The notes under the pieces: generated by a model | Database searches by the model: none | What the model was told of the DNA's origin: nothing | Seen by the model: the letters and a program-made list of their open reading frames with translations, nothing else | In this document: positions 25,216 to 40,316 of the stretch, in pieces | Layout of the letters: every line of letters starts with the position of its first letter | How positions within the stretch are numbered: position 1 is the first letter of the stretch | Position numbers and translations under genes: made by a program | Assembly: GCA_951406725.2 (NCBI GenBank) | Contig: OX597833.1 | Location: 44,144,001-44,208,000, forward strand | Length of the DNA: 64,000 nt | Reading direction: 5' to 3' | From: Octopus vulgaris | Taxonomy: Eukaryota

Positions 25216-28200
25216 ATACATGATGACCGTTCACCTGTGACCGAGCAAGACCATTGCCGACCTTCAGGAACATTGTGCGCTCTAGGACTAACTTATATTT
25301 TGCATTTGCGGCTCCGTTGGTGGCTAATGAGCCCTGCTCTTGACAAGCATACACGACTGCAAACATTGCAGACCAAGCTTTCCCCATTCACTATACGAGC
25401 CGTGCGCTATCGCGCAGCTTGCTTAAGTTCTTCATGCTGGATACGTGCTCTCTCGAAAGTGTCGATCCCCTCCTTAACCTGTTTCCTCCATCTGTGGCGA
25501 TGACAGGCATTGTTCTCCCAGTCAGTGTCCTGCATATCAAAGGCCTTTAACGAGGACTTGACACAGTCCTTAAATCGCAGCCTTGGTTTCTGCCGGAGTC
25601 TCATTCCATTCACAAGTTCTCCATAGAGCATCTGCTTAGGAACCCTTCTATCCTCCATTCTAATAAGGTGTCCAGTCCAACTCAACCGGTGCTTGTTTAC
25701 CATCGCTTCAATACTCAAGATATCAGCTGTCCTCAAGATCTGTGTGTCCAGAATTTTTGAGATCCAGCCAACATTGAGAATGTGTCTGAGATATCTCTGA
25801 TGAAAACGTTCAAGTATCCTTACCTGACGCTTGTACAGAGTCCATATCTCACATGAGTAGAGAAGCGATGTCAGTACACAAGCACGGTACACAACAACTT
25901 TTGTTCTCCTTGCGATGCCATGTTGGGATCAGACACGAGACTGAAGAGACTGGAAGGAATTAGTTGCTTTCTGCAACCTGAAAGATATTTCCTCATCCAG
26001 GGAGCAAGAACGGCTGAGTGTGGTGCCCAGGTAGACAAACTTGCCTACTACCTTCAGAATTGTTTCTTCAACCAAGATAGCTGGTTCTATATATGGATTT
26101 TTTGGTGCAGGCTGGAACATTACAACAGTCTTGTCCAGGCTAATGCTGAGTCCAAATGCCCTGCAAGAAGCAGAAATGCAATTCATGAGTATTTGCGTGT
26201 CATCCACTGTATGAGTGACTAAGTCACAGTCATCTGCATAAAGGAGGTCACGAATAATAGACTGGGACACCTTTGAATTGGCAGCAAATCGGCGAAGATT
26301 AAAGAGGCGGCCAGAAGATCGATATCTAACATATATTCCCAGAGAGTTAACCTTAGCAAAAGCAAGAGGAAAAACAGCAGCAAAGTACAAAGAAAAGAGA
26401 GTTGGGGCAAGGATGTCACCCTGCTTGACACCATTCTCTACAGGAATGGGTCCCGCCATGGCACCACCAACATTGACCCAAGCCTCCATCCCATCATGAA
26501 ATGATTTAATTACAGATACAAAGTGATCCGGACATCCAAGTTTGCCAAGTATTTTCCAAAGTAAGGCCCTATTTACAGTATCAAAGGCCTTAGTCAAATC
26601 AATGAATACCTGGACAAGATCCATATTCTGCTCATAGCACTTTTACTGCATCTGTCTTGCTGTGAAAATCATATCCATTGTCCCTCTACCAGATCGGAAG
26701 CCACATTGAGATTCAGATAGGACATCATTTACGAGACACCCATTCAGACAGGTAAGAAGAATATTTGCCAGAACCTTGCCAGCAGCTGATAGTAGAGCAA
26801 TACCTCTGTTGTTACCACACACTGTTCTGGCTCCTTTCCTTTATATAGAGGAAGAATAATTGCATCCTTCCAGTCCTTAGGGATTGCACCATCCCTCCAG
26901 ACTGCACTAATAAGTTCATGAAGGGACTGTGTGATGCAATTACCACCAAATCGCAAGGCCTCAGCACAAATTCCATCCTTTCCAGGTGCCCTACCAAGAT
27001 TCAATTTACTTATTGATGTCATTACTTCATGTATTGATGGCGAGGAGTCTAAGGAGTCAATGATAGGTCTTTGTTTCATAGTATCAATCACTGTTTCATC
27101 CACAACTGACTCATGAATTAGGAGTTTAGAGAAGTGTTCGATCCAGCGACCTGTGATTTCTATTGATTTAGTAAACAGAGTGGAAGACTCCTTGGAAAGC
27201 AAAGGAGCTGATGTGGAGCTCTTAGGTCCATAAGCTCGCTTCATAAGATGGTAAAGCTTCTTACAGTCATTTGCATCAGCAGCAGCATGAAGATCACGAG
27301 CAAGATCCTCCCAACAAGTGTTCTGGATCTTCCTGAGAGATCGCTGCAGTAGTGATTTTACACTGTTATAGTGGGCAAGTGCTAGACTCCGCTGCACAGT
27401 AGACAGTTCTCTGTGCAGCAACACACTGTGGGCATGGCGCTTCACTACTAAGAGTCGTTGAATTTCAGCATCATTCTCATCAAACCAGTCTCTGTGTCTG
27501 GCAGTAACAGACCCTAGTGCTTCGGCTGCACATTGAACAACCTGGTCTCGAAAATCTTCCCATGCTGCAGCAGTTTCAATGCTAGACAAGCGAGTCTGAA
27601 GCTCTTTCCTAACCACAACGTCATATACCTTGTGGACATTTAGACGGCGAAGAATGCTGACTGGTCCTCTTCTCTCTATCGCCAGAATCACCATTCGAAA
27701 CTTTGCTCGCACCAGACTGGTCTGTCCAGCATTCTGATCCATGCAAGGACTTGACTTTACAAATGTCATAAATATCGCGTTTGCGGATGATAACGTAATC
27801 CAGCAAATGCCAAACTTTGGACCTTGGATGCATCCATGTTTTTGTGTGATCACCTTTGTGCACAAAATGAGTACTTGCAATGTAAAGTCCGTGTTCTTCG
27901 CAAATCTGCAGTAGCATGAGACCATTGCTATTCATTTTCCCTACTCCAAAACGTCCTAGAGAGTTCCATGTTTGCCAGTCTGTTCCTACTCTGGCATTAA
28001 AATCCCCCAGTAGAATGACTTCATCAGAATTGGGGATTTTTCTAAGTATGGCTCTCAGCTGGGTATAAAAGATTATTTTATCTTCATCACAGCTAGTCAA
28101 AGTAGGTGCATAAGCACTTATTAGAGTAGCAAACCGCTTACCTTTCAAGTGCAACCGTAGGGTCATTATACGTTCATTTATAGGAACAGGGAGCTCTTCC

Positions 28201-29390
28201 AACTTCTTCAGGATATCAGATCGGACTGCATAACCAACACCAGCCTCTCTGCGCTCCTCCTTCTGCCTTCCTTTCCAAAAAAAAGGTGTATCCGCCTCCT
28301 ACTTCCTCAAGCGGACCATCACCTTCTATACGAGTCTCTGACAGTGCAGCTATATCAATTTTATAACGGTTCAGCTCACGAGCAACAAGTGCAGTGCGTC
28401 TTTCAGGCCTGCAATCACTCTTGTTGTCCAACAGAGTACGCACATTCCAACATGAAATGTTTAAGTTCCGTCCAGATTTTATAGATAAAAGACTCTTCGT
28501 TTTTCGAGCGCAGGGTAGACATCCGTCAGTCGCGCTAAACTGACCAGATATGGAAAGACAGGCAATTTTTGGTTCACCTTTTCTAGAACCTCCCCGGTCT
28601 CCAGGTGAGCAGTGCCCTCTCCAAATGGAGCTGCTCAGACACCCATGCAGCAACCGAATCCTACCGCTGTCTTGGGCGACAAGGAGACGACTTTATATCT
28701 AGCATGGGCCGCCAACGTGCAGGTTGCTGACTACATGCTTCCAACCCGTCAGGTCTGCATGCTTCACCACCTTCCCATCGCCGCAAGACTTCCGAAAAAA
28801 AAATTTCTAAAAATGAAGAAAATATATACTAAAAATAAGATATGTATATATAAAGAAAAAGTCGGCAGTGCCTGTGCAGAGTTTTAGGTCCAATAAGGCT
28901 TTCACAACACCTCATAGACCCTCTCAACTCTATTGACATTATCCAGAGACAAGCCGGAGCAAGATGTCTGGTGCCAATATGAGTCGCAGGCTCAGGGATG
29001 TGGGAGCGGCGTGATCTCTATCACAAACCAAAGATCCCCAAAATGTTCAATGCCATTCCCTGAATATATGGTTTTATATCAGAGTGACCTTCTCCTAGAG
29101 ACGTGCTTTAACAAAAGCTGAGGGGCGCCTCAGTCCCAGTGGTCTTTCAGCACGCGAACACCACCCCGGAATTTCTACGTACCCGTGCTAACATTTATTG
29201 GATGGCCGTTGACTCTCAAGAGGTCCTCCGCCCTTTGACTGGTTTTGTTTTTCATTCCGCAGGGTGTCCAATAAACACCCTCCTCACCAAGCAAGCTTAG
29301 TGGGGTTGCCGATTTAGTCGCCGACGACCCGACCATGCAGCAGGTTGTACTGGGTTACATGCTACCAGTAGCACTCGAAGGTGACCTGAC
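25216..29390 (-). mobile_element. Near full-length RTE-clade LINE (APE endonuclease + RT), frameshifted
   Basis: Motifs WNVRTL, IAALSETR, ISAYAPT, LGDFNARVG, DLTKAFDTV, GVKQGDILAPTLF, LLYADD and PKQMLYGEL. About 0.8 kb of 5' UTR. Confidence 0.95.
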
Positions 29391-29737
29391 ACATACATAC
29401 ATACATACATACATACATACATACATACATACATACATACATACATACATACATACATACATACATACATACATACATACATACATACATACATACATAC
29501 ATACATACATACATACATACATACATACATACATACATACATACATACATACAAACTGTCGAACAAAGAGACCTCACTACCTATTTTTAAGTTTGGTACT
29601 TATTCGATCATCACTTTTACCAAACCTCTAAATTATGGATCCGTATTCAAGCAAAACCAGTTGTGAAGCTCTGGCTGAAGTTAAATACATACATACGAAC
29701 ATACATACATACATACATACATACATACATACATACA

Positions 29738-29771
<34 letters not shown>

Positions 29772-29944
29772 CATAGGTACATACATACATACATACATAC
29801 ATACGAGCATGCATACGTGCATACATACATACATACATACATACATACATACATACATACATACATACATACATACATACATACATACATACATACATAC
29901 ATACATACATACATACATACATACATACATACATACTTACATAC
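29391..29944. repeat. Two (TACA)n arrays separated by a 135-bp spacer (also 23214-23364, 40317-40854)
   Basis: Visible tandem arrays. Confidence 0.95.
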
Positions 29945-30668
29945 ACGTATAGTTTCTTTCTAAATTGGCAATGCTTTCTTTTTTACAGGTTATTTCAAGA
30001 AACTTCCAAGCGAAAATTAACTCACATTTTCTCCGGAAATAAATATTTGACTCCATACTATATATTGTGTGCTTTCTGCAGTTAGTGCTTGTTGATTTCT
30101 GATATTGAAAACATACCTTAATGTGTGTTTGTGTGTATATGGGTACATATGCTCTGATACACATAAATCTAGAAAGATATAATACAACAATTTTTCGTAT
30201 ATAAATACACAATCTCTATCGTTTTGCAACTAGTAACTATTTTCCCTAGGTTAGGGGAAGTATAAAGAGAAATGACATTGTTTTACGTTGACATGTATAG
30301 TGTAGCGGAACTAAAATGGTATTGGAAAATGTGTAAAGTTTTTGAAAATTTTGGTCAATCAATCCCAATGGAATCAAATTACAGATCAGCTAACTTTATA
30401 GATGTAGCTGGCTTGAATGTAGGATTATATGCAGCTTAGCATAATCCAAACGTTAATTTTAATGTTGATAGATTCTCAAATCATCCCTGTGCAATTATAA
30501 TCTTTATTATTGATAGTTTCACATATAATATCTAGCTGGTCTGCGTCGAATGCGGGTCATTATAAGGTAGCACTCGCTAGAGTGAGATATGTAGAAAAAT
30601 TAGTTATATTCAAAGTAGTGAATCAGTTAACAGCCCTTCTTGCAGGAACACTTGAATACTACAATTGG

Positions 30669-30768
30669 NNNNNNNNNNNNNNNNNNNNNNNNNNNNNNNN
30701 NNNNNNNNNNNNNNNNNNNNNNNNNNNNNNNNNNNNNNNNNNNNNNNNNNNNNNNNNNNNNNNNNNNN
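30669..30768. other. Assembly gap (100 N)
   Basis: Run of n. Confidence 1.
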
Positions 30769-31368
30769 AAAAGAAAGTTTCATTCGACTATGAAGACTTA
30801 GCTATAAAAATAAAAAGTCAAAAACACTAACATAATCTCTCTAATTATATCTTTTCGTTTAAAAAGTATGAATAACTCTCGTTAATATAATTCAAACGAT
30901 GTCTAAAGTAAAAGACAGGGTGGTTACGGAGGGAAAATCTTCGATCATAGGTCAAAGTTATCAGGAATGATCTTAAGATCAGCAACAGGATTTCGACTGG
31001 TTCCAGCAATTTGTCATAAAGAGAATACTTCACGAGAATGCTTCAGTTTGTCTGAATGACATACAATAGGTACTAGTTCATATTTCAGAGATGAGCAGCT
31101 TCCAGTAGAAAAATACAGAGCGTGGCAAGTCAACATAGAAATAAACAAGAACACATACTATAAAGAAAAAAAATCAATACCGGTATAAAAGATTTATATT
31201 AAACAAAATGAGAAAAGATTGATCATACTTTTCGATTGTAGCTCTGGTTAAATATATATATATATAGTTAATTCAAACATGAAAACACAAAGAGAAAACA
31301 CAACAACGCGAGGACTTGGAACAAATATATCATTATTGGACGCTCAGGAAGGAATGGAAGAAGGAGGG

Positions 31369-31401
31369 TTCAACATTTCGAGCGGAGCTCTTCGTCAGAA
31401 A
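31369..31401 (-). ncRNA. Minimal hammerhead motif in a ~200-bp short repeat (also 63718-63750; decayed + strand copies ~276-308 and ~43177-43210)
   Basis: ttt-CTGACGA-a-gagc-tcc-gctc-GAAA-t-GTT-gaa. Confidence 0.55.
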
Positions 31402-31601
31402 CATAGAAGGAAAGATCCAGAGAAGGGAAGACGGAGGGAAAAAATCGCTAACGGTACACACGCGGTCACATTTTGAATGATAAACATTTTGATTTCATTT
31501 CCAATTTGGAAAACAAAACTGCATTGAAAACTAAGATAAAAACTTAAATATTATGTTTCTATATATTATTTTGTTTATAATTTTAAAATTTTTATTTCTA
31601 G

Positions 31602-31634
31602 GTACTGAGCAGAAAGCAATCAGAGACAATGCAG
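31602..31634 (+). CDS. Exon 4 of the partial/redundant copy A' after the gap
   Basis: Identical to 20782-20814 with the same splice sites. Confidence 0.6.
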
Positions 31635-33034
31635 GTATCTTTAATCTTCTAACTTTTGCTTCTTTCAGTTACTGGATGGTGGCCATGCTGGGCTATTTTC
31701 TAATAGTCTTTGTCATACTTATTCCCGAACTGATACGTTGTGGGCACGTAAACAAACCAACACTGGTTTTCCAGTGATGGTGGGGAACAAACACTAATGT
31801 ACACATCTATACATACATACATGCACACGCTACACACACTCACACACACATACATACACACAGATACCGCGCACACACAAATATATACACGACATTCTTG
31901 GGTCAAGCATAGACCTATGCAGGGTACCTGACACCTAGTGTGACATCAGGCGCTCACACCTCTGTCAGCAGGGTATTGGTCTTAGTGGACGTTGCACCGA
32001 GATCATCTACTCACAATTGGTGGTGAGTAAAAGTGACAACATCCTCTAGGAATCTCTGAGTGTCAAGGAAGGCCAACTGCCCAGTCGTTTTCGAAGAAGT
32101 TTTGCGCCGGGTTCCATTGATAATTTACAAAAATCCCTTGCCTGGCAGTGCTACAGAATAACATTGCCGATTCGTAATAAAGTGTACCGGCATGATATTC
32201 CCCTCAGCTGCTCTTGCCCTTGATGCACATTGCATGATGAAGATTTTCTACACGTATTAGTATAGTGCTTGAGCATCGTTGATTTCTGGAGTTACGTCTA
32301 CCAGCTGCAATCACTTCTCGGACGGATCTGGTTATAGGTCGACTCCAAAGTGAAGATTGCTTCCTTGCATTCCTTTTATCTTGAAGGGTAGGCAGATTTC
32401 CTCCATTAGGTGCTTTTGGTGAAAGATGATGCGATTAATGAGAAAGAGACCAAACCTTCATTGACTTTTCATGTTTAAAAGGAAAGTGAGCGTGGAGAGC
32501 AAGGTCCTTTCTCCCAGTAAAACTTACACTGTGGATGAATATAGCAAGAATGGCTCGAGTGAATTGTCGTAACCTAAGCGTGCCCATGTAGTTACAGAAG
32601 CACGGAGGTGAGAGAAACACAACAGTATTCCTGGTAACAGGGTGACTCAGGATTACTTGGTTACTGTGAGGTTACTTGGTTACCCTTGGGTAGCGTTTCC
32701 ATTTTAATTGGGAATTTTGTTGTTTTGATTTTCTTCCCATTATTTATTGTTTACATGTGTTTATGTAAATCTCCAATATCCTTGATTACTGTTTCTGAGG
32801 CTGCGAGCTGGTAGATTCATGAGCACGCCGTAAAAAATGCTTGGCGGCATTTTGTCCGGCTTTCTGAGTTAAAATGCCACCGAAGTTGACTTTACTTTTC
32901 ATTCTTTCAGAGTCAATGAATTAGGCACCAATTGAATACTGGAGTTGATGTAATCGATGTCCACCTTCACCAAAGTTTTTGGTCTTGTACCAAAATTAAA
33001 ATGAAATGTGCTTTTTTTTTACTTTCTATTACAG

Positions 33035-33114
33035 ATAAATTATCTGATGCAAATATTATTACTAAGATTTTGAAATTTGCAGCAACACTGCTTGTTATTG
33101 GCCATTTTCATTAA
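33035..33114 (+). CDS. Copy A' exon 5: DKLSDANIITKILKFAATLLVIGHFH-stop, GPI-anchor-like signal
   Basis: Strong acceptor, phase 1. Small residues S-D-A, a spacer, then a hydrophobic tail ending at TAA. Confidence 0.6.
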
Positions 33115-34288
33115 GGATTTCGGAAAACAAGCCCCAGCAGAATCAAAAAGTGGTTAGTATTGTATTTTTCATTTTCGTTCCTTTGATTTTGTTATTCTTC
33201 TATATAATATATTTCTTTACTACCCACAGAGGGGTATGTATGTATTATGTAAACACAGAGGGGACAAACAAGGACAGATTAAGTCGATTACATCGACCCC
33301 AGTGCGTAACTGGTACTTAATTTATCGACCCCGAAAGGATGAAAGGCAAAGTCGACATCGGCGGAATTTGAACTCAGAACGTAACGGCAGACGAAATACG
33401 GCTACGCATTTCGCCCCGCATGCTAACGTTTCTGCCAGCTCGCCGCCGTTCTTCTATATAATATTATTGATTAAGTTTGCGATTATGTCGCAGTGGAAAT
33501 GGTATACCCCTCCCACGGGACAAATGGTATGATTCAGCCACTATAAAGTGCGACAACGTCAACCAGTACGGGTAGTCGTCTATCAGTCGTTGTAGAATAG
33601 TTGCACGAGTTCTCTGTTGGAGTTAAGTGTCAGTTAAGGGTTATAGTCGAGTTCGACTCAACAGTGATGGTAGGCGGTTCAAAGACGCTGTTTTGCAGAG
33701 CTATCAGCAATAGCACGATAGACGAAGCGATGTATTACTACTCCGGTATAGAAGAGATAAACTGTATCCGATACCAGAAAAATGTCCACTATAGTAGATA
33801 CAACAGCTACAGTCAAGACAGGGACCACACATTATAGATATGGAAAACACCACATCATAACAGCTTACTGCATTGGTTTTATTCTAAACTCATCGTTATG
33901 GTCATTCTTCTTTAATATTTAGATAAACATTCATCGAGCAAAAGCATTCGATTACTGAACATCCCATGTTTTCACGGACGTAGATAATCTTTTTTACTTG
34001 TTTCAGTCATTGGACTGCGACCACGCTTGGCTACCAGCTTAAACTGTCGAACAAAGAGGCCTCACTACCTATTTTTAAGTTTGGTACTTATTCGATCATC
34101 ACTTTTACCAAACCTCTAAATTATGGAGCCGTATTCAAGCAACACCAGTTGTGAAGCGCTGGCTGAAGTTAAATATATACATACATACATACATACATAC
34201 ATACATACATACATACATACATACATACGTACATACATACGTACATACATACGTACATACATACTTACATACATAGGTACATACATAC

Positions 34289-36140
34289 GTGCAAAAGGAA
34301 GAACGCTTCAGTTATGATTACAAAATCGCGGTAAACGCCAGTAGCAATCCAAAAACATTCTTTGCCCATGTCCAACGGAATTCCCGCTTGAACAACCAAA
34401 TTGCAACGTTGGTAGACTCAACAGGCGTATCGATTGAGGACCCTTATCAACAAAGTCAATTATTTGCCGAGGCTTTTTCAACTATTTTCAAACAAGATGA
34501 TGTCGTGAACCCCTCCATTTGATAGATCGGTACCTCCAATGCCTCGATTGGTCATCACGCGGTACGAGGTCAAACGTGTTATTCAAGGCCTCGATGTCAA
34601 CAAGGGTCACGGCCCTGACGGCATACACCCACGGGTTATCAAAATGTTGGCTCCGGTCATCTGCGAGCCCTCAGCACGTCTATTCAATATGTCATTGGCG
34701 AAGGGTGTTATACCTGCGGACTGGAGAACAGCGATAATCTGCCCAATTTTCAAGAAAGGGAGCTGCGAAGACCCGCTTAACTACCGACCGGTTTCCCTTA
34801 CATCAATAATCAGCAAGATGTTCGAAACCATCCTTAAGAAAAGTATGATGCTCCACCTCCAAAACACAGCCTCTATCTCTGATTCCCAACACGGCTTCGT
34901 GCCGAAGAGATCATGCTTGACCAACTTACTGGTAATGAAAGAATTGGTGACGCGCATCCTCGATGATAGTGATGCTGTTGACATCGTTTTATTGAACTTT
35001 GCCAAAGCTTTTGACTCGGTAAACCACCGCCTATTACTTGTCAAGCTTCAAGCATATAGTTTCCATCCGGATATTGTACGATGGGTTGGTGCCTTCCTCT
35101 CAGATCGCTCCTTCCAAGTCCAAGTTAATGGTTCGCGGTCCGACGTCTCCAGGGCGAGCAGTGGCGTGCCTCAAGGTTCAGTGCTTGGGCCCTTATTGTT
35201 CTTAGTCTTCATAAATGACTTGCCCGACGACCTCATGCAACACACCCTTCTATTTGCCGACGATGTCAAACTGCTCGCTCCTCGCGGTGATATAGAGGAT
35301 CTTCGTCGATGCCTCCACCAAATTTGGAGGTGGTCTAACGAATGAGACATGTGTCTGAACGTGTCAAAGTGCTGTCATCTGCCTGTTGGCTCTCCTCCTG
35401 CAACTCAACTTGATTTCGAGCCGGGTCGTCTGCTGCTGAAGAGGACCGATCAGGTAAAGGACCTGGATATCTTGGTGGATTCCTCCTTTTCGCCTTCGGC
35501 CCAGTGAGTCCATGCTACCAACAAAGCACGCAGAATTCTGTTCTTGATTCGACGGTCATTCGGAAAGCTCACAGCAGCCATATTCCTACCGCTCTATGTC
35601 ACGCTGGTGAGACCCATATTGGAGTACGGGATTCAAGCCTCTTCTCCTTATCTCCTCAAAGACATACAGCATCTCGAAAGAGTCCAGAAGCTGGCTATCC
35701 GCATGGTTCATGGTCTCAAGAATTTCTCTTATGAAGAAAGGCTGAAGACGCTCGACCTTTATTCTCTAGAAAAACGCCGCCGCCGTGGTGATCTCATTCT
35801 CGCTCACAACTTCATATGCGGAAAGTGTAACCTCTCGAAAGAGCTGTTCTTCACTCCTGCTCCAGAGCGTCGACTGCGGGGTCATTGCGAAAAGCTCTAC
35901 CTGCGACGATTTCATCTCAATCGAAGGAGAGGAGCTTTCTCCGTCCGGGTTGCGGATCCGTGGAACAAGCTGCCAGACGAGATGATGAAGATGCCGACGA
36001 CCGCTTTGTTCAAAGTCTCCCTTAACCTCAAGTGGCCTGAATTCTTTACATGAACACCACCCTGTACTTAACTCCATGTCCCCCTACATGGCCTTGCTTT
36101 TTGCATTTGAGCCAAAAAATTAACTAACTAACTAACTAAC
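34289..36140 (+). mobile_element. CR1/L2-group LINE, duplicate in A'
   Basis: Same ORF fragments and stops as 23365-25215. Confidence 0.92.
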
Positions 36141-39100
36141 ATACATGATGGCCGTTCACCTGTGACCGAGCAAGACCATTGCCGACCTTCAGGAACATTG
36201 TGCGCTCTAGGACTAACTTATATTTTGCATTTGCGGCTCCGTTGGTGGCTAATGAGCCCTGCTCTTGACAAGCATACACGACTGCAAACATTGCAGACCA
36301 AGCTTTCCCCATTCACTATACGAGCCGTGCGCTATCGCGCAGCTTGCTTAAGTTCTTCATGCTGGATACGTGCTCTCTCGAAAGTGTCGATCCCCTCCTT
36401 AACCTGTTTCCTCCATCTGTGGCGATGACAGGCATTGTTCTCCCAGTCAGTGTCCTGCATATCAAAGGCCTTTAACGAGGACTTGACACAGTCCTTAAAT
36501 CGCAGCCTTGGTTTCTGCCGGAGTCTCATTCCATTCACAAGTTCTCCATAGAGCATCTGCTTAGGAACCCTTCTATCCTCCATTCTAATAAGGTGTCCAG
36601 TCCAACTCAACCGGTGCTTGTTTACCATCGCTTCAATACTCAAGATATCAGCTGTCCTCAAGATCTGTGTGTCCAGAATTTTTGAGATCCAGCCAACATT
36701 GAGAATGTGTCTGAGATATCTCTGATGAAAACGTTCAAGTATCCTTACCTGACGCTTGTACAGAGTCCATATCTCACATGAGTAGAGAAGCGATGTCAGT
36801 ACACAAGCACGGTACACAGCAACTTTTGTTCTCCTTGCGATGCCATGTTGGGATCAGACACGAGACTGAAGAGACTGGAAGGAATTAGTTGCTTTCTGCA
36901 ACCTGAAAGATATTTCCTCATCCAGGGAGCAAGAACGGCTGAGTGTGGTGCCCAGGTAGACAAACTTGCCTACTACCTTCAGAATTGTTTCTTCAACCAA
37001 GATAGCTGGTTCTATATATGGATTTCCTGGTGCAGGCTGGAACATTACAACAGTCTTGTCCAGGCTAATGCTGAGTCCAAATGCCCTGCAAGAAGCAGAA
37101 ATGCAATTCATGAGTATTTGCGTGTCATCCACTGTATGAGTGACTAAGTCACAGTCATCTGCATAAAGGAGGTCACGAATAATAGACTGGGACACCTTTG
37201 AATTGGCAGCAAATCGGCGAAGATTAAAGAGGCGGCCAGAAGATCGATATCTAACATATATTCCCAGAGAGTTAACCTTAGCAAAAGCAAGAGTAAAAAC
37301 AGCAGCAAAGTACAAAGAAAAGAGAGTTGGGGCAAGGATGTCACCCTGTCTTGACACCATTCTCTACAGGAATGGGTCCCGCCATGGCACCACCAACATT
37401 GACCCAAGCCTCCATCCCATCATGAAATGATTTAATTACAGATACAAAGTGATCCGGACATCCAAGTTTGCCAAGTATTTTCCAAAGTAAGGCCCTATTT
37501 ACAGTATCAAAGGCCTTAGTCAAATCAATGAATACCTGGACAAGATCCATATTCTGCTCATAGCACTTTTACTGCATCTGTCTTGCTGTGAAAATCATAT
37601 CCATTGTCCCTCTACCAGATCGGAAGCCACATTGAGATTCAGATAGGACATCATTTACGAGACACCCATTCAGACAGGTAAGAAGAATATTTGCCAGAAC
37701 CTTGCCAGCAGCTGATAGTAGAGCAATACCTCTGTTGTTACCACACACTGTTCTGGCTCCTTTCCTTTATATAGAGGAAGAATAATTGCATCCTTCCAGT
37801 CCTTAGGGATTGCACCATCCCTCCAGACTGCACTAATAAGTTCATGAAGGGACTGTGTGATGCAATTACCACCAAATCGCAAGGCCTCAGCACAAATTCC
37901 ATCCTTTCCAGGTGCCCTACCAAGATTCAATTTACTTATTGATGTCATTACTTCATGTATTGATGGCGAGGAGTCTAAGGAGTCAATGATAGGTCTTTGT
38001 TTCATAGTATCAATCACTGTTTCATCCACAACTGACTCATGAATTAGGAGTTTAGAGAAGTGTTCGATCCAGCGACCTGTGATTTCTATTGATTTAGTAA
38101 ACAGAGTGGAAGACTCCTTGGAAAGCAAAGGAGCTGATGTGGAGCTCTTAGGTCCATAAGCTCGCTTCATAAGATGGTAAAGCTTCTTACAGTCATTTGC
38201 ATCAGCAGCAGCATGAAGATCACGAGCAAGATCCTCCCAACAAGTGTTCTGGATCTTCCTGAGAGATCGCTGCAGTAGTGATTTTACACTGTTATAGTGG
38301 GCAAGTGCTAGACTCCGCTGCACAGTAGACAGTTCTCTGTGCAGCAACACACTGTGGGCATGGCGCTTCACTACTAAGAGTCGTTGAATTTCAGCATCAT
38401 TCTCATCAAACCAGTCTCTGTGTCTGGCAGTAACAGACCCTAGTGCTTCGGCTGCACATTGAACAACCTGGTCTCGAAAATCTTCCCATGCTGCAGCAGT
38501 TTCAATGCTAGACAAGCGAGTCTGAAGCTCTTTCCTAACCACAACGTCATATACCTTGTGGACATTTAGACGGCGAAGAATGCTGACTGGTCCTCTTCTC
38601 TCTATCGCCAGAATCACCATTCGAAACTTTGCTCGCACCAGACTGGTCTGTCCAGCATTCTGATCCATGCAAGGACTTGACTTTACAAATGTCATAAATA
38701 TCGCGTTTGCGGATGATAACGTAATCCAGCAAATGCCAAACTTTGGACCTTGGATGCATCCATGTTTTTGTGTGATCACCTTTGTGCACAAAATGAGTAC
38801 TTGCAATGTAAAGTCCGTGTTCTTCGCAAATCTGCAGTAGCATGAGACCATTGCTATTCATTTTCCCTACTCCAAAACGTCCTAGAGAGTTCCATGTTTG
38901 CCAGTCTGTTCCTACTCTGGCATTAAAATCCCCCAGTAGAATGACTTCATCAGAATTGGGGATTTTTCTAAGTATGGCTCTCAGCTGGGTATAAAAGATT
39001 ATTTTATCTTCATCACAGCTAGTCAAAGTAGGTGCATAAGCACTTATTAGAGTAGCAAACCGCTTACCTTTCAAGTGCAACCGTAGGGTCATTATACGTT

Positions 39101-40316
39101 CATTTATAGGAACAGGGAGCTCTTCCAACTTCTTCAGGATATCAGATCGGACTGCATAACCAACACCAGCCTCTCTGCGCTCCTCCTTCTGCCTTCCTTT
39201 CCAAAAAAAGGTGTATCCGCCTCCTACTTCCTCAAGCGGACCATCACCTTCTATACGAGTCTCTGACAGTGCAGCTATATCAATTTTATAACGGTTCAGC
39301 TCACGAGCAACAAGTGCAGTGCGTCTTTCAGGCCTGCAATCACTCTTGTTGTCCAACAGAGTACGCACATTCCAACATGAAATGTTTAAGTTCCGTCCAG
39401 ATTTTATAGATAAAAGACTCTTCGTTTTTCGAGCGCAGGGTAGACATCCGTCAGTCGCGCTAAACTGACCAGATATGGAAAGACAGGCAATTTTTGGTTC
39501 ACCTTTTCTAGAACCTCCCCGGTCTCCAGGTGAGCAGTGCCCTCTCCAAATGGAGCTGCTCAGACACCCATGCAGCAACCGAATCCTACCGCTGTCTTGG
39601 GAGACAAGGAGACGACTTTATATCTAGCATGGGCCGCCAACGTTCAGGTCGCTGACTACATGCTTCCAACCCGTCAGGTCTGCATGCTTCACCACCTTCC
39701 CATCGCCGCAAGACTTCCGAAAAAAAAATTACTAAAAATGAAGAAAATATATACTAAAAATAAGATATGTATATATAAAGAAAAAGTCGGCAGTGCCTGT
39801 GCAGAGTTTTAGGTCCAATAAGGCTTTCACAACACCTCATAGACCCTCTCAACTCTATTGACATTATCCAGAGACAAGCCGGAGCAAGATGTCTGGTGCC
39901 AATATGAGTCGCAGGCTCAGGGATGTGGGAGCGGCGTGATCTCTAGCACAAACCAAAGATCCCCAAAATGTTCAATGCCATTCCCTGAATATATGGTTTT
40001 ATATCAGAGTGACCTTCTCCTAGAGACGTGCTTTAACAAAAGCTAAGGGGCGCCTCAGTCCCAGTGGTCTTTCAGCACGCCGAACACCACCCCGGAATTT
40101 CCACGTACCCGTGCTAACATTTATTGGATGGCCGTTGACTCTCAAGAGGTCCTTCGCCCTTTGACTGGTTTTGTTTTTCATTCCGCAGGGTGTCCAATAA
40201 ACACCCTCCTCACCAAGCAAGCTTAGTGGGGTTGCCGATTTAGTCGCCGACGACCCGACCATGCAACAGGTTGTACTGGGTTACATGCTACCAGTAGCAC
40301 TCGAAGGTGACCTGAC
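36141..40316 (-). mobile_element. RTE LINE, duplicate in A'
   Basis: Same element. Endonuclease ORF 38547-39578 is uninterrupted here. Confidence 0.95.

Noticed and set aside
29297-29952. Many ORFs of MYVC/HTYI/YI/LS/poly-S/poly-F type across the window
   Set aside because: Translations of (TACA)n, (TA)n, (CA)n, (CT)n and (TTC)n microsatellites, not genes.
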